In this document: one piece after another, positions 16,545-25,009 of the stretch | Layout of the letters: every line of letters begins with the position of its first letter | Numbering within the stretch: the first letter of the stretch is position 1 | NCBI GenBank assembly: GCA_035495795.1 | Contig: DATJFF010000252.1 | Coordinates: 4,745-68,744 of the forward strand | Origin: Vicinamibacterales bacterium | GTDB taxonomy: Bacteria; Acidobacteriota; Vicinamibacteria; Vicinamibacterales; UBA2999 | Direction of reading: 5' to 3' | Length of the DNA stretch: 64,000 nucleotides | Made by a program: the position numbers and the translations under genes | Notes under the pieces: generated by a model | Seen by the model: only the letters and a program-made list of their open reading frames with translations | Database searches by the model: none | Told to the model about the DNA's origin: nothing

Positions 16545-19187
16545 ATGAACGCGCGCCTCGTCTCGATCGCGCTCGCGACTCTGGCCGCGGTTGCCGCATG
16601 GTTGACGCTCGGTATCCAGGCGGTGCTCGACGATGGCACTCGGGCGCGGCTTGGCGTTCTGCCGGAATGGTGGCTGCTCGGCGCACTGTGGGCGGCGTTC
16701 GCCGGCGTGGTGTGGTGGCGGCGGCTCGCGCCCTCCCGCCTCTGGCCGCTGGCCCTTACCGCGCTGGTTTGCCTGCCGTGGCTGCCCGGACCGATTCCAG
16801 CGGCGTTCCTCATCTGGTACGACGGCCTGGCCACGGCGGTCTGGCTGTTCGCGGCGATCGGCCTTCTGATTCTGATCGTCAGGCCGGGGCCGAGCGCCAG
16901 GTTGTTGGCCGACCCGCGCCGCGCTCCGCTCGCGCTCGGCGCGATCGCGTTGCTGCTGTTCCTCGCTGGCGCGTGGACCATGCGCAGTCGTTTGCCGGGC
17001 GGCGACGAGCCGCACTATTTGATCATCACGCAGAGCCTTCTGTCGGACGGCGATCTGCAGATCGAGAACAACCACGCGCGCGGGGATTACTTCCGCTATC
17101 ACGTCGATGAGCTGCGGCCGGACTATCTCGAGCGCGGCGTGAACGGCGCGATTTATTCGATTCACGCTCCCGGCGTGTCGGCGCTGGTCGCGCCGGCTTT
17201 CGCGATCGCCGGCTGGCCCGGTGCGGCGGTGTTCATGAGTCTGCTGGCCGCGGTCGCCGTCGCGCTGCTGTGGCGGGTCACGTGGCGCCTGACCGGCGAC
17301 GCCTCGGCAGCCTGGCTGGCGGCGAGCGCCTTTGCCTTCACCGGGCCCGGCTACTTTCACGCGTTCACGATTTTCCCGGATGGCGCGGGAGCTGCCGCGA
17401 TTGCGGTCGCGCTGTGGGGAACGGTTCGCCTCGAATGCGGCGGGAGGATCTCAGCCCGTCAACTGGTTGCCGTTGGCTCGGCGCTGGCGATGCTGCCGTG
17501 GTTCCACACACGCTTTGCGGTCCTGGCCGCTGGCTTCGGGTTGATCCTGCTGCTGCGGCTCTGGCGTCTCGAAGATCGCGTTCGGGCGATGGCCGCGTTC
17601 CTGGTGGTGCCGATCGTCTCCGCGGCAGCCTGGTTCGGCTTCTTCTGGGTCATTTGGGGTACCCCGAACCCCGCAGCACCGTACGGCCAGGCAACGCAGA
17701 GCGCCTGGTCGCACCTGAAGCCGGCGCTGCCGGGTCTGCTGTTCGATCAACAGTTCGGCCTCATCGCCAACGCACCCGTGTACGCGATCGCATTCCTCGG
17801 ATTCGTCTCGCTCTCGCGTCGGCACCGGCGCCTCGCTGTCGAATTGGCGGTCTTATGCGCGGTGTACACCGTTGCAGTAGGCACGTATCGAATGTGGTGG
17901 GGTGGGTACAGCGCACCGGCTCGCTTTCTGGTGGCGATGCTGCCGGTGTTGACCCTGCCGCTCGCTGTCTTGTGGTCGCGTGGAAGGCCCGCAACCCGCG
18001 CCCTGACACTGGTGCTGCTCGCCATCAGCATTGTCCTCATCGTGCCGCGCGTGATCGTGGACGGGGGAGGACTCGCCTACAACGAACGGGACGGTTACGA
18101 CCTGTTACTGGATTGGGTGAACCGCTCGGTGAACCTTCCGCTCGCCTGGCCGAGTCTTCACCGGGATGTCGTTGCCGACGCGTGGCGCGACATCATTGCC
18201 TGGAGCGTGACCGGCACCGTCGTCGTCGCCGGGGCCATGTGGATCGCCAATCGCGCCGGACAAGCATGGACGTGGATGTGCGGCGCCGTCGCGCTGACGA
18301 TCATGATCGCGTCGAGCGTTGTCTGGAAGGGCCCGGATGAGGCCGTCACGCCAAACACATCGTCGCTGTCGTTGCTCGACGCGTGGCCGGGCCGTCCGGC
18401 CGGCCCGGGTTGGCAATCCAGTCCCTTCCGGCTCGCCGAGGCGCAGCCGGTTCCGGAAGGGCTGCTGATTGGCAGCACCCGCAGAGGACCTCGCCTCAGC
18501 CGTAATTCGGCCCTCTTGAACGCGCCCCTGGTGCCTGGAGGGCAGTACGAGCTGGTCGTGGACAGCGCGCGTCCGGAGGGCCAGCTGACCGTGACCGTAG
18601 GCCGGACGACGCAGGTGCTGGACGAAATGCAACTCGACGATCGGCCGGCGGACGCGGGCATCGACGTGATCGAGCTGCCGGCGAAGGTCCACTCGCTGAT
18701 GATTCAAGGCGACGACCGGGCCAGACGTGCGGTCAAGACACTGATGCTGCGGCCGCGAACGGTCGGAAACGCGCCGGGTGCTAAGGCTTCGATCGTTCTC
18801 CGGGCGTCACGGTATGGGCCGCTGCGGATGTTCTTCTTCGACGACAACGCATTCGTCGAGCCGCCGGGTTTCTGGACGCGCGGCAACTCGACGGCCGACA
18901 TTTTCATCGATACGCTGCGGCCGGAACCGGCGGGATCCGAAACCGGTCACGCGACGCTGCGCTTGCGCGCCGGGCCGGTGGCATCGTCCGTGGAATTATC
19001 GAGCGGTGACTGGCGCGAAACGGCGACGCTCGAGGCTGGCGCGGAGAAGGAGATCTCGCTGCCCGAGGGGCGCCCGGGCGGGTGGGCTCTACGGCTCGAG
19101 ACTCGCGCCGGGTTCAGGCCAGCGCAACACGACCCTGGGAACAAGGACATGCGCAACCTGGGCGTGTGGGTGGAGGTGGTGCCTTAG
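16545..19187 (+). CDS. large polytopic membrane protein with extracytoplasmic C-terminal domain (GT-C-like)
   Basis: 880 aa with many TM segments. Loop motif GDEPHYLIITQSLLSDGDL. C-terminal soluble domain ending ...DMRNLGVWVEVV. Confidence 0.6.
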   Translation: MNARLVSIALATLAAVAAWLTLGIQAVLDDGTRARLGVLPEWWLLGALWAAFAGVVWWRRLAPSRLWPLALTALVCLPWLPGPIPAAFLIWYDGLATAVWLFAAIGLLILIVRPGPSARLLADPRRAPLALGAIALLLFLAGAWTMRSRLPGGDEPHYLIITQSLLSDGDLQIENNHARGDYFRYHVDELRPDYLERGVNGAIYSIHAPGVSALVAPAFAIAGWPGAAVFMSLLAAVAVALLWRVTWRLTGDASAAWLAASAFAFTGPGYFHAFTIFPDGAGAAAIAVALWGTVRLECGGRISARQLVAVGSALAMLPWFHTRFAVLAAGFGLILLLRLWRLEDRVRAMAAFLVVPIVSAAAWFGFFWVIWGTPNPAAPYGQATQSAWSHLKPALPGLLFDQQFGLIANAPVYAIAFLGFVSLSRRHRRLAVELAVLCAVYTVAVGTYRMWWGGYSAPARFLVAMLPVLTLPLAVLWSRGRPATRALTLVLLAISIVLIVPRVIVDGGGLAYNERDGYDLLLDWVNRSVNLPLAWPSLHRDVVADAWRDIIAWSVTGTVVVAGAMWIANRAGQAWTWMCGAVALTIMIASSVVWKGPDEAVTPNTSSLSLLDAWPGRPAGPGWQSSPFRLAEAQPVPEGLLIGSTRRGPRLSRNSALLNAPLVPGGQYELVVDSARPEGQLTVTVGRTTQVLDEMQLDDRPADAGIDVIELPAKVHSLMIQGDDRARRAVKTLMLRPRTVGNAPGAKASIVLRASRYGPLRMFFFDDNAFVEPPGFWTRGNSTADIFIDTLRPEPAGSETGHATLRLRAGPVASSVELSSGDWRETATLEAGAEKEISLPEGRPGGWALRLETRAGFRPAQHDPGNKDMRNLGVWVEVVP

Positions 19188-19191
19188 CCGA

Positions 19192-19232
19192 GGCAAGGCA
19201 AAAGGCAAAAGGCAGAAGGCAGATCTTCTGCC
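19192..19232 (+). repeat. GGCARAA heptamer array ending in a hairpin (GGCAGAAG-GCAGAT-CTTCTGCC)
   Basis: GGCAA GGCAAAA GGCAAAA GGCAGAA GGCAGA TC TTCTGCC, starting 4 nt after the stop at 19185-19187. Confidence 0.85.
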
Positions 19233-19268
19233 GCACGTCTGCCCCGGTCGATTGCCGGACCGCCGTTG

Positions 19269-20105
19269 CTAGAAGCGCGCGACGCCGCTGATGTAGAGGC
19301 CGGAAAACTTCAGCGCGCCGGTGTCGAGCTTTGACTTGTAGAACACGTCAACCGAGCGATAGCCGACGGTGGCGCCGAGGTTGTTGGTGAAGTTCACGGT
19401 GCCGTAGAAGTCGATGTCCGTGTACTTCCCGTCGTAGTTCTCGTACTCGCCGGGCAGCCGGAAGAAGGAGAGCTCGCCGCCGACGGCGACGTTCTTCGCG
19501 ATATAGCCGCGGCCGGCGACGCCGATCGTCGGGATCGGTGCGATGGCGTTGGCGAACTCGACACCGATCGGGCTGGTGAGCTCGACGTTGACGTCGGTGT
19601 ACTTCAGATCGAAGAGCACCCCGAAGAAGCCGCGGCTCCGGTAGACGAAGTCGTACTCGTAGCCGAAGTTGTAGGTGAGGTAGTCGGCCTTGGTCTGGAC
19701 CGGCAGGCCGACGCGATAGACCTGGCCGTTGAAGACGAATTCGCGGTGCACGGTCGCCTGGGCCTCGTAGCGGATCGGCAGGTACTCGAACTTGAACCGG
19801 TGCTTCTCGGCAGGGCGGAGCACCACGTTCAGCTTTCCGAGCTGTTTCTGCTCGATGCCGAGATCGTCCACCAGGTCCACGTCGGTGCCGGGAATGCCGA
19901 GCGACTCGGAGTTCACGACCAGCGAGGGGTCGGCATTCCACCAGCCGTAGGAAATCTCGACATGGTAGTTCTCGCCGACCGCCGGCTCGGGCGGCGGGCT
20001 GTATTGCGCGGCCGCTGGCGAGGCCGCCGCCATGGAAATGATGACAGCGGTCGCCGCCGTCAGAGCCAGCCTGGAAAGTGTACGGATCATTCCCCTCAGC
20101 GCCAT
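19269..20105 (-). CDS. outer membrane beta-barrel protein (hypothetical porin-like)
   Basis: Signal peptide ending AAASPAAA|Q. Alternating amphipathic beta strands. C-terminal ...ISGVARF. Confidence 0.6.
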   Translation of the reverse strand: MALRGMIRTLSRLALTAATAVIISMAAASPAAAQYSPPPEPAVGENYHVEISYGWWNADPSLVVNSESLGIPGTDVDLVDDLGIEQKQLGKLNVVLRPAEKHRFKFEYLPIRYEAQATVHREFVFNGQVYRVGLPVQTKADYLTYNFGYEYDFVYRSRGFFGVLFDLKYTDVNVELTSPIGVEFANAIAPIPTIGVAGRGYIAKNVAVGGELSFFRLPGEYENYDGKYTDIDFYGTVNFTNNLGATVGYRSVDVFYKSKLDTGALKFSGLYISGVARF

Positions 20106-20243
20106 GCGCGATTCACCAAGCCCCGGAAACTGTTACCGATCAACCGAGCCGCCGTCAGGCGGCACCGTACCCGGCTCGAAGGGGGTTAGCCGGGCGCGTC
20201 CGAGTGGGCGTCGGACGTACAGAGGATAGCAGAGTCGGCGTCC

Positions 20244-20500
20244 ATTGACGATTGGCGATTGGGGATTGAGGATTTATTGGTGATTGGGAATTGCGGGATT
20301 GCGCCATTCGATTGGCGATTGGGGCATTGGTGATTGAACGATCCGGAGGAATGACGATTGACGGTTGGCGATGGCGATTGGGGTGGGTGACGCACGCCGA
20401 AAATTCGCCAATCGTGATTCCCTCAATCAGTCAATGCCTCAATCCTGCAATCGGCAATTGAATCGCGCAATTCCCCGATCCCCGGATCATGAATGAATCG
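20244..20500. repeat. ~250-nt element built of GATTGGN heptamers with an inverted (CCAATC-type) right half
   Basis: Left half GATTGGC GATTGGG GATTGAG ... (20244-20389). The right half is its complement style: CGCCAATC, CCTCAATC, GCCTCAATC, CTGCAATC ... (20405-20500). Confidence 0.85.
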
Positions 20501-20534
20501 TCACTCGTCAGTCGGCAATGGACGCGACACAGTC

Positions 20535-22367
20535 TCAGCTCTCGGCGCCCACCGTCTCACGGCCATTGGACAGCACGGAGACCCACTTGGCGATGGCCTG
20601 GCCGAGGATGATCACGGCGCAAATCATCATCGCGATGGTGCTGATGGTGAGGACGTAGCCATCGGTATGGGTGGCGGGGTTGGGCCCGACGGCGAGCGGC
20701 CAGTAGTTGTCCCGGACGTTCAGAAAACCCCCGTACAACGTGTTCGTGGCCAGGAACGCCAGCGGCAGCAGCGTGACCCACGTGTAGCGGGTCTTCCCCA
20801 TGTTGATCAGAATCGTCGTGGCGACGGCGAGCGCCACCGAGGCGAGCAGCTGGTTGGCGACACCGAACATCGGCCAGATGGTGCTGATGTTGCCGGTGTA
20901 GATGAAATAGCCCCACGAGACGACCATCAGCCCGGTCGCGATCATGGCGCCCGGCATCCACTCCTTCTCGCGGAACTTCGGGATCGCCTTGCCGAGGAAC
21001 TCCTGCATCAGGAAGCGGCCGACCCGTGTTCCCGAGTCGATGGTCGTCAGGATGAACAGCGCCTCGAACATGATGGCGAAGTGATACCAGTAGGCCAGCA
21101 GCCCCTTCATCCCCGGCATCGCAGAAAAGATCTGCGCCATGCCGACGGCGAGTGACACCGCGCCGCCGGTCCGCCCGGTCACGGTCTCGCCAACCGTCGA
21201 CTCGATACCGGCCAGGTGGACAGGCGCCAGCTGGAGGCCCTGGAAGGTCAGGTGGGCATACTGGGCAGGCGGGACGTTGATCGCGAAGTAGTCGCCAGGC
21301 TCCATCGCGGCCGCCGCGACAAGGGCCATCACGCCGACCAGGCACTCGACCAGCATCGCTCCGTAGCCGATTGGCCTGATGTCGCTCTCCTTGTCGATCA
21401 TCTTCGACGTCGTGCCCGAGCTGATCAGCGCGTGGAAGCCGGAGATGGCGCCGCAGGCGATGGTGATGAAGCAGAAGGGGAAGAGCGGACCGGGAAAGAT
21501 CGGCCCGCCGCCGCTGGTGTACTCGGTCAGCGGCGGCATCCTGAACTCCGGGTTCACCCAAATCACGCCCATCGCCAGCAGGAAGATGGTGCCGATCTTG
21601 GTGAACGAGCTGAGATAGCCGCGCGGGGACAGCAGCAGCCAGACCGGCAGCACCGACGCGGCGAATCCGTACACGCAGAGCGCGATGACAATCTGCGTGC
21701 GCGACAGATCGAACAGGTGCGCGAACCAGCTGTCGGAGTGGCTGAGCGGCTCGCCGCCCCACAGGGCGAGGAGCAGCCCCAGGACGCCGATGATCGTGGC
21801 TTCGGTAATCCGCCCCTTGCGCCACACGTACATCCAGAAGCCCATGAAGATCCCGAGCGGGATCGTCATGGCGATGGTGAAGGTGCCCCACCGGCTGTCG
21901 GCGAGCGCGTTGACAACGTTGATGCCGAGGCCGGCGAGCGCCACCACCAGAATGAAGAGAATCGCGAAAGAGGCGACGATCCCGGCCGCGGGGCTGATCT
22001 CCTCCCTGACGATTTCGGCCAGCGAGCGCCCGCCCCGCCGCGTCGAGGCCCACAGGATCATGGAGTCGTGCACGGCGCCGGCAAGGACGACGCCGGCCAC
22101 CAGCCAGATCAGGCCGGGCGCGTAGCCGAACTGCGCTGCCAGCATCGGGCCGACGAGCGGACCGGCGCCAGCGATCGCGGCGAAGTGATGGCCGAAGAGC
22201 ACCCAACGGCTGGTTGGGTAGTAATTGGCGCCGTCGTAATTCGTGTGGGCCGGCGTGGTCCGCGCATCGTCCAACATCCAGATGCGCGTCGCGATGAACG
22301 CACTGTAGTAACGGTAGGCGATCGCGAGGATGCCCAGCACGGGGACTACGACGTAAAGCGCATGCAT
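20535..22367 (-). CDS. cstA: carbon starvation protein A (peptide/pyruvate transporter family)
   Basis: N-terminus ...AIAYRYYSAFIATRIWMLDD..TPAH. GHHFAAIAGAGPLVGPMLAAQFGYAPG. About 16 TM segments. Confidence 0.9.
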   Translation of the reverse strand: MHALYVVVPVLGILAIAYRYYSAFIATRIWMLDDARTTPAHTNYDGANYYPTSRWVLFGHHFAAIAGAGPLVGPMLAAQFGYAPGLIWLVAGVVLAGAVHDSMILWASTRRGGRSLAEIVREEISPAAGIVASFAILFILVVALAGLGINVVNALADSRWGTFTIAMTIPLGIFMGFWMYVWRKGRITEATIIGVLGLLLALWGGEPLSHSDSWFAHLFDLSRTQIVIALCVYGFAASVLPVWLLLSPRGYLSSFTKIGTIFLLAMGVIWVNPEFRMPPLTEYTSGGGPIFPGPLFPFCFITIACGAISGFHALISSGTTSKMIDKESDIRPIGYGAMLVECLVGVMALVAAAAMEPGDYFAINVPPAQYAHLTFQGLQLAPVHLAGIESTVGETVTGRTGGAVSLAVGMAQIFSAMPGMKGLLAYWYHFAIMFEALFILTTIDSGTRVGRFLMQEFLGKAIPKFREKEWMPGAMIATGLMVVSWGYFIYTGNISTIWPMFGVANQLLASVALAVATTILINMGKTRYTWVTLLPLAFLATNTLYGGFLNVRDNYWPLAVGPNPATHTDGYVLTISTIAMMICAVIILGQAIAKWVSVLSNGRETVGAES

Positions 22368-22434
22368 ACGCGGCGATGATACCAGCGTTCATCCCCGGAT
22401 CTGGCCGGCAAATCCGCCGCTGGAACGAACGTCT

Positions 22435-22968
22435 CTATTTGTCTTTAGTGCCCTCGGCCGCAGCCGCGGCGGCGGCTGCCTCGCGCTGGCGCAGGACGCG
22501 ATCGATGAGTGTCGGGGCGCTCATCTGCGGGCTCCACCCGAGCCGCAGTACGGTGAGCCGCACCGGCCGCCGTCCGAAGTCCAGCGCCTCATGGCAGCTC
22601 CACAGGTAGAGGTCGATCATCCGTCCCTGCACCGACGGACCGGTGTCCATCACGGTCCAGATACCGCTGTAGCGCGAGTTCGGCATGTCCACCCGCACGA
22701 CCGTCCCGACCGGCAGCAGCGCGGGATCCGCCGCCGCGACTCCCGTGCGCACGACAACGCCGGATGCGGTTGTTTCTCCCTTGCAGTAGGCAGTCGCGGT
22801 GAACGCAAGCTGCGAGCCGGCCTGGGGCAGTCCGGTCGCTTCGGCAATCGTGGATGGGCGGCCCGCATGCCACGAATCGCGAATCGTGGTCTCGTAGAAA
22901 AACACGAAGGCCACCGCGACGATGAGCGTCAGGAATATTCGCCGGAGGATCGACTGGGCGATTTGCAT
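22435..22968 (-). CDS. 3D domain-containing protein (MltA-like double-psi beta-barrel)
   Basis: TATAYCKGETTASG...VAADPALLPVGTVVRV...WTVMDTGPSVQGRMIDLY. Confidence 0.75.
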   Translation of the reverse strand: MQIAQSILRRIFLTLIVAVAFVFFYETTIRDSWHAGRPSTIAEATGLPQAGSQLAFTATAYCKGETTASGVVVRTGVAAADPALLPVGTVVRVDMPNSRYSGIWTVMDTGPSVQGRMIDLYLWSCHEALDFGRRPVRLTVLRLGWSPQMSAPTLIDRVLRQREAAAAAAAAEGTKDK

Positions 22969-22970
22969 AC

Positions 22971-23987
22971 CTACGCTCGTGGCTCCCGGAAGTGCTCGAA
23001 GCCGGACGGCCAGGCGTGGGCCTCACCATTCCGGACCAGAACCAACTCCTTTTCGCGCGTGAGCGCGCCGATGCGCGTCAACGCCGGCCTCGTGACCCGT
23101 TGCACAACGTGCCTGAGGCGCCCACTCCATCGTCTCGGGATCGCGAGCAGCAGCTCGTAATCCTCACCCCCGGCGACCGCGGCGGACACGACGTCCTGTC
23201 CACGGCCGGCCCACCAGTCGCGCGCGCCAGCCTCCACCGGAACAGCCTCGGCGTCAACTCGCGCGCCGCACCCGCTGGCGTGTGCCAGCTGCCTCACCGC
23301 GTCGGCCAGGCCATCGCTCACATCCATCGCGGCGCGTGCCGCGCTCCCTCTTGCCAGTGCCACCCCGAGCCGCACGCGTGCCTCGGGACGTCGATGTCTC
23401 GAGAGGCAGGCGGCCAGGCCGGGAGATTTCGCTGCCACGTCTGCCTGGTCACGCAGCATCTCGAGTCCGGCACGCGCCCCTCCGACGGCGCCGCTCAGCC
23501 ACAGTTCGTCACCTGCTTTCCCACCGCTCCGCGTCAGCCATTTCCGAGGCGATACCTCGCCGCCGGCGGCCACGTCCACGACGAGCGGTCCAGGACTGCG
23601 GGTGATGTTGCCCCCGGCGACAGACACGCCATGCGCGGCGGCGAGTCCGGCCAGTCCGCTCATGAGCGCCTCGGCGGCATCCACCGGGTAGGTGGGGGGG
23701 AGTGCCAGCGAGACGAGTGCCCAGCGAGGAACGGCGCCCATCGCCGCCAGATCGCTGAGGTTGACGGCGAGCGCCTTGTGCCCGATGTCCGCCGGGCTGC
23801 TCCAGGCGGACGAGAAGTGCACGTCCTCGACGAGCGCGTCCGTGGTCAGGACCAGGCGAGTCCGGCGTCCCGGCTCGATCACCGCGGCGTCGTCACCCGG
23901 CCCGACCAGAATCTGGGCCCCCGGTCGGGGCAGACGCGCCAGCAGGCGCGCCAGCAGGGCGTGTTCGCCCAGATCCGAAACCGTCAC
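22971..23987 (-). CDS. thiL: thiamine-monophosphate kinase
   Basis: GDDAAV, TTDALVEDVHF, IGHKALAVNLSDLAAMGA, AIR-synthase-like fold pattern. GTG start. Confidence 0.85.
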   Translation of the reverse strand: MTVSDLGEHALLARLLARLPRPGAQILVGPGDDAAVIEPGRRTRLVLTTDALVEDVHFSSAWSSPADIGHKALAVNLSDLAAMGAVPRWALVSLALPPTYPVDAAEALMSGLAGLAAAHGVSVAGGNITRSPGPLVVDVAAGGEVSPRKWLTRSGGKAGDELWLSGAVGGARAGLEMLRDQADVAAKSPGLAACLSRHRRPEARVRLGVALARGSAARAAMDVSDGLADAVRQLAHASGCGARVDAEAVPVEAGARDWWAGRGQDVVSAAVAGGEDYELLLAIPRRWSGRLRHVVQRVTRPALTRIGALTREKELVLVRNGEAHAWPSGFEHFREPRA

Positions 23988-23989
23988 AA

Positions 23990-24180
23990 AAGAGAACGTC
24001 CCGCGTTGCCGTGTGGGGAGGATTGCTGAACCTGCATAAGCAGGTGGAGCCGCTGTAAGAGCCGCGCTTCAGGCTTCCTCTACCACGGAGGCATGCACAC
24101 CACGCGGCCGTCGCAACTCGCTTGGGTTTTACGTTGGCTCAGACAAGCCTCCGAAACCATCACGAACAACGCAGGACTGC
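23990..24180 (-). ncRNA. ssrS: candidate 6S RNA
   Basis: Non-coding gap between zapA and thiL. TGGTACAAT extended -10 box. 5' CCUGCGUUG pairs with 3' CAACGCGGG and continues as an interrupted closing stem (CGUG/CACG, UGG/CCA, GGAGG/CCUCC, UUG/CAA, CUGA/UCAG). A-rich unpaired strand AACGUAAAACCCAAG. Small hairpin CCUGC-UUAU-GCAGG. U-rich tail. Ends are +/-10 nt. Confidence 0.4.
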
Positions 24181-24185
24181 GGCCG

Positions 24186-24194
24186 ATTGTACCA
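24186..24194 (-). promoter_or_regulatory. extended -10 box TGGTACAAT for the 6S-like RNA
   Basis: Reverse complement of ATTGTACCA. Identical 9-mer to the ssrA box. Confidence 0.45.
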
Positions 24195-24261
24195 GACGGA
24201 AGGCGGGCGCGAGCAAGCGCGGAGAACAAACGGCGAAAATCGCGGCAAACCCGGCGGCCAC

Positions 24262-24306
24262 GAGAACCGCCGCGAACCTGTGCGAACCCCGAGAACCGCG
24301 AGAACC
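24262..24306. repeat. five GGTTC(T/G)C boxes (GAGAACC/GCGAACC on + strand) spaced 9-10 bp
   Basis: Box starts at 24262, 24272, 24282, 24291 and 24300. Directly after the zapA stop and 70-115 bp upstream of the 6S-like promoter. Confidence 0.8.
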
Positions 24307-24308
24307 CG

Positions 24309-24605
24309 TTACTCGGCGAGCTGGAGGGCCTCGTCGACGATCCGCTCGAGCGCAGCGGTTCGCTCGGCGAGCGTACCGCTCTCGACCGCGCGCTCGTCGC
24401 GAGCGCGGAAGTACTCGTCCGTGATGTTCAGCGCCGTCAGGATCGCGAGTCCCACGGTGTCAGCGGACGGGGCGGCCGACGCCGCCTTCTGGAGGCGCGA
24501 CTCGACGTGGGCTGCCAGCCGGTGCACGTAGGCGGCATCCAGACTCGTCTTGATCGGGTAGCGCTGTCCCTGGATTTCGACTGTCACCACTCGGACTTCC
24601 GGCAT
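24309..24605 (-). CDS. zapA: cell division protein ZapA
   Basis: MPEVRVVTVEIQGQRYPIKTSLDAAYVHRLAAHVESRL.... The longer track ORF reads through the upstream repeat and was trimmed. Confidence 0.8.
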   Translation of the reverse strand: MPEVRVVTVEIQGQRYPIKTSLDAAYVHRLAAHVESRLQKAASAAPSADTVGLAILTALNITDEYFRARDERAVESGTLAERTAALERIVDEALQLAE

Positions 24606-24617
24606 GGGCTTCGTTCC

Positions 24618-24704
24618 GAAGTTAGAAGCGAGAGGTGAGAGGTGAGAGGCTAAGCTTTGAAGCTTTGGCTTACTTCTCACTTCTCACCTCTCACTTCTAA
24701 CTTC
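24618..24704. repeat. inverted-arm hairpin element built of GAGAGGT-type heptamers (32-nt arms, 22-nt loop)
   Basis: Left arm GAAGTTAGAAGCGAGAGGTGAGAGGTGAGAGG. The right arm is its near-perfect reverse complement. The loop contains AAGCTTTG twice. The right arm abuts the stop codon at 24705. Confidence 0.9.
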
Positions 24705-24974
24705 TTATAGGTTGAGGCCGTCCAGCTGCTGGAGCATCTCCGCAACGCGGGCCTTGATGAGATCCCGCTCTTCGCGGAGCGTGCCTGCTTCGGCCGAGGC
24801 GCCCTCGGCTTCAGCGAGCCGGGCCCTGACCGATTCCAGCTCGCGCTGGAGCTTCGCATTGTCCTCGGCGACCCGCGCCTGTTCGTTCTTGAGGCGGCCG
24901 ATCAGGCTCACCAGCGTCTTGATCTTGTCTTCGAGCCGATCGATTGGCTCCAGTCCGGCGGTTTTCGTGGCCAC
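24705..24974 (-). CDS. ZapB-like coiled-coil cell division protein
   Basis: GTG start. ...LEPIDRLEDKIKTLVSLIGRLKNEQARVAEDNAKLQRELESVRARL. Sits between pheT and zapA. Confidence 0.55.
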   Translation of the reverse strand: MATKTAGLEPIDRLEDKIKTLVSLIGRLKNEQARVAEDNAKLQRELESVRARLAEAEGASAEAGTLREERDLIKARVAEMLQQLDGLNL

Positions 24975-25009
24975 GTACCCCTCGTGCGAATGTGCGGAAA
25001 GAGACTGCG

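Noticed and set aside
20186-20395. Track ORF inside the GATTGG repeat (also the N-terminal extensions of zapA 24606-24680 and gatC 48702-48773)
   Set aside because: The reading frames are created by the repeats themselves. The products are low-complexity, and the conserved proteins start downstream.
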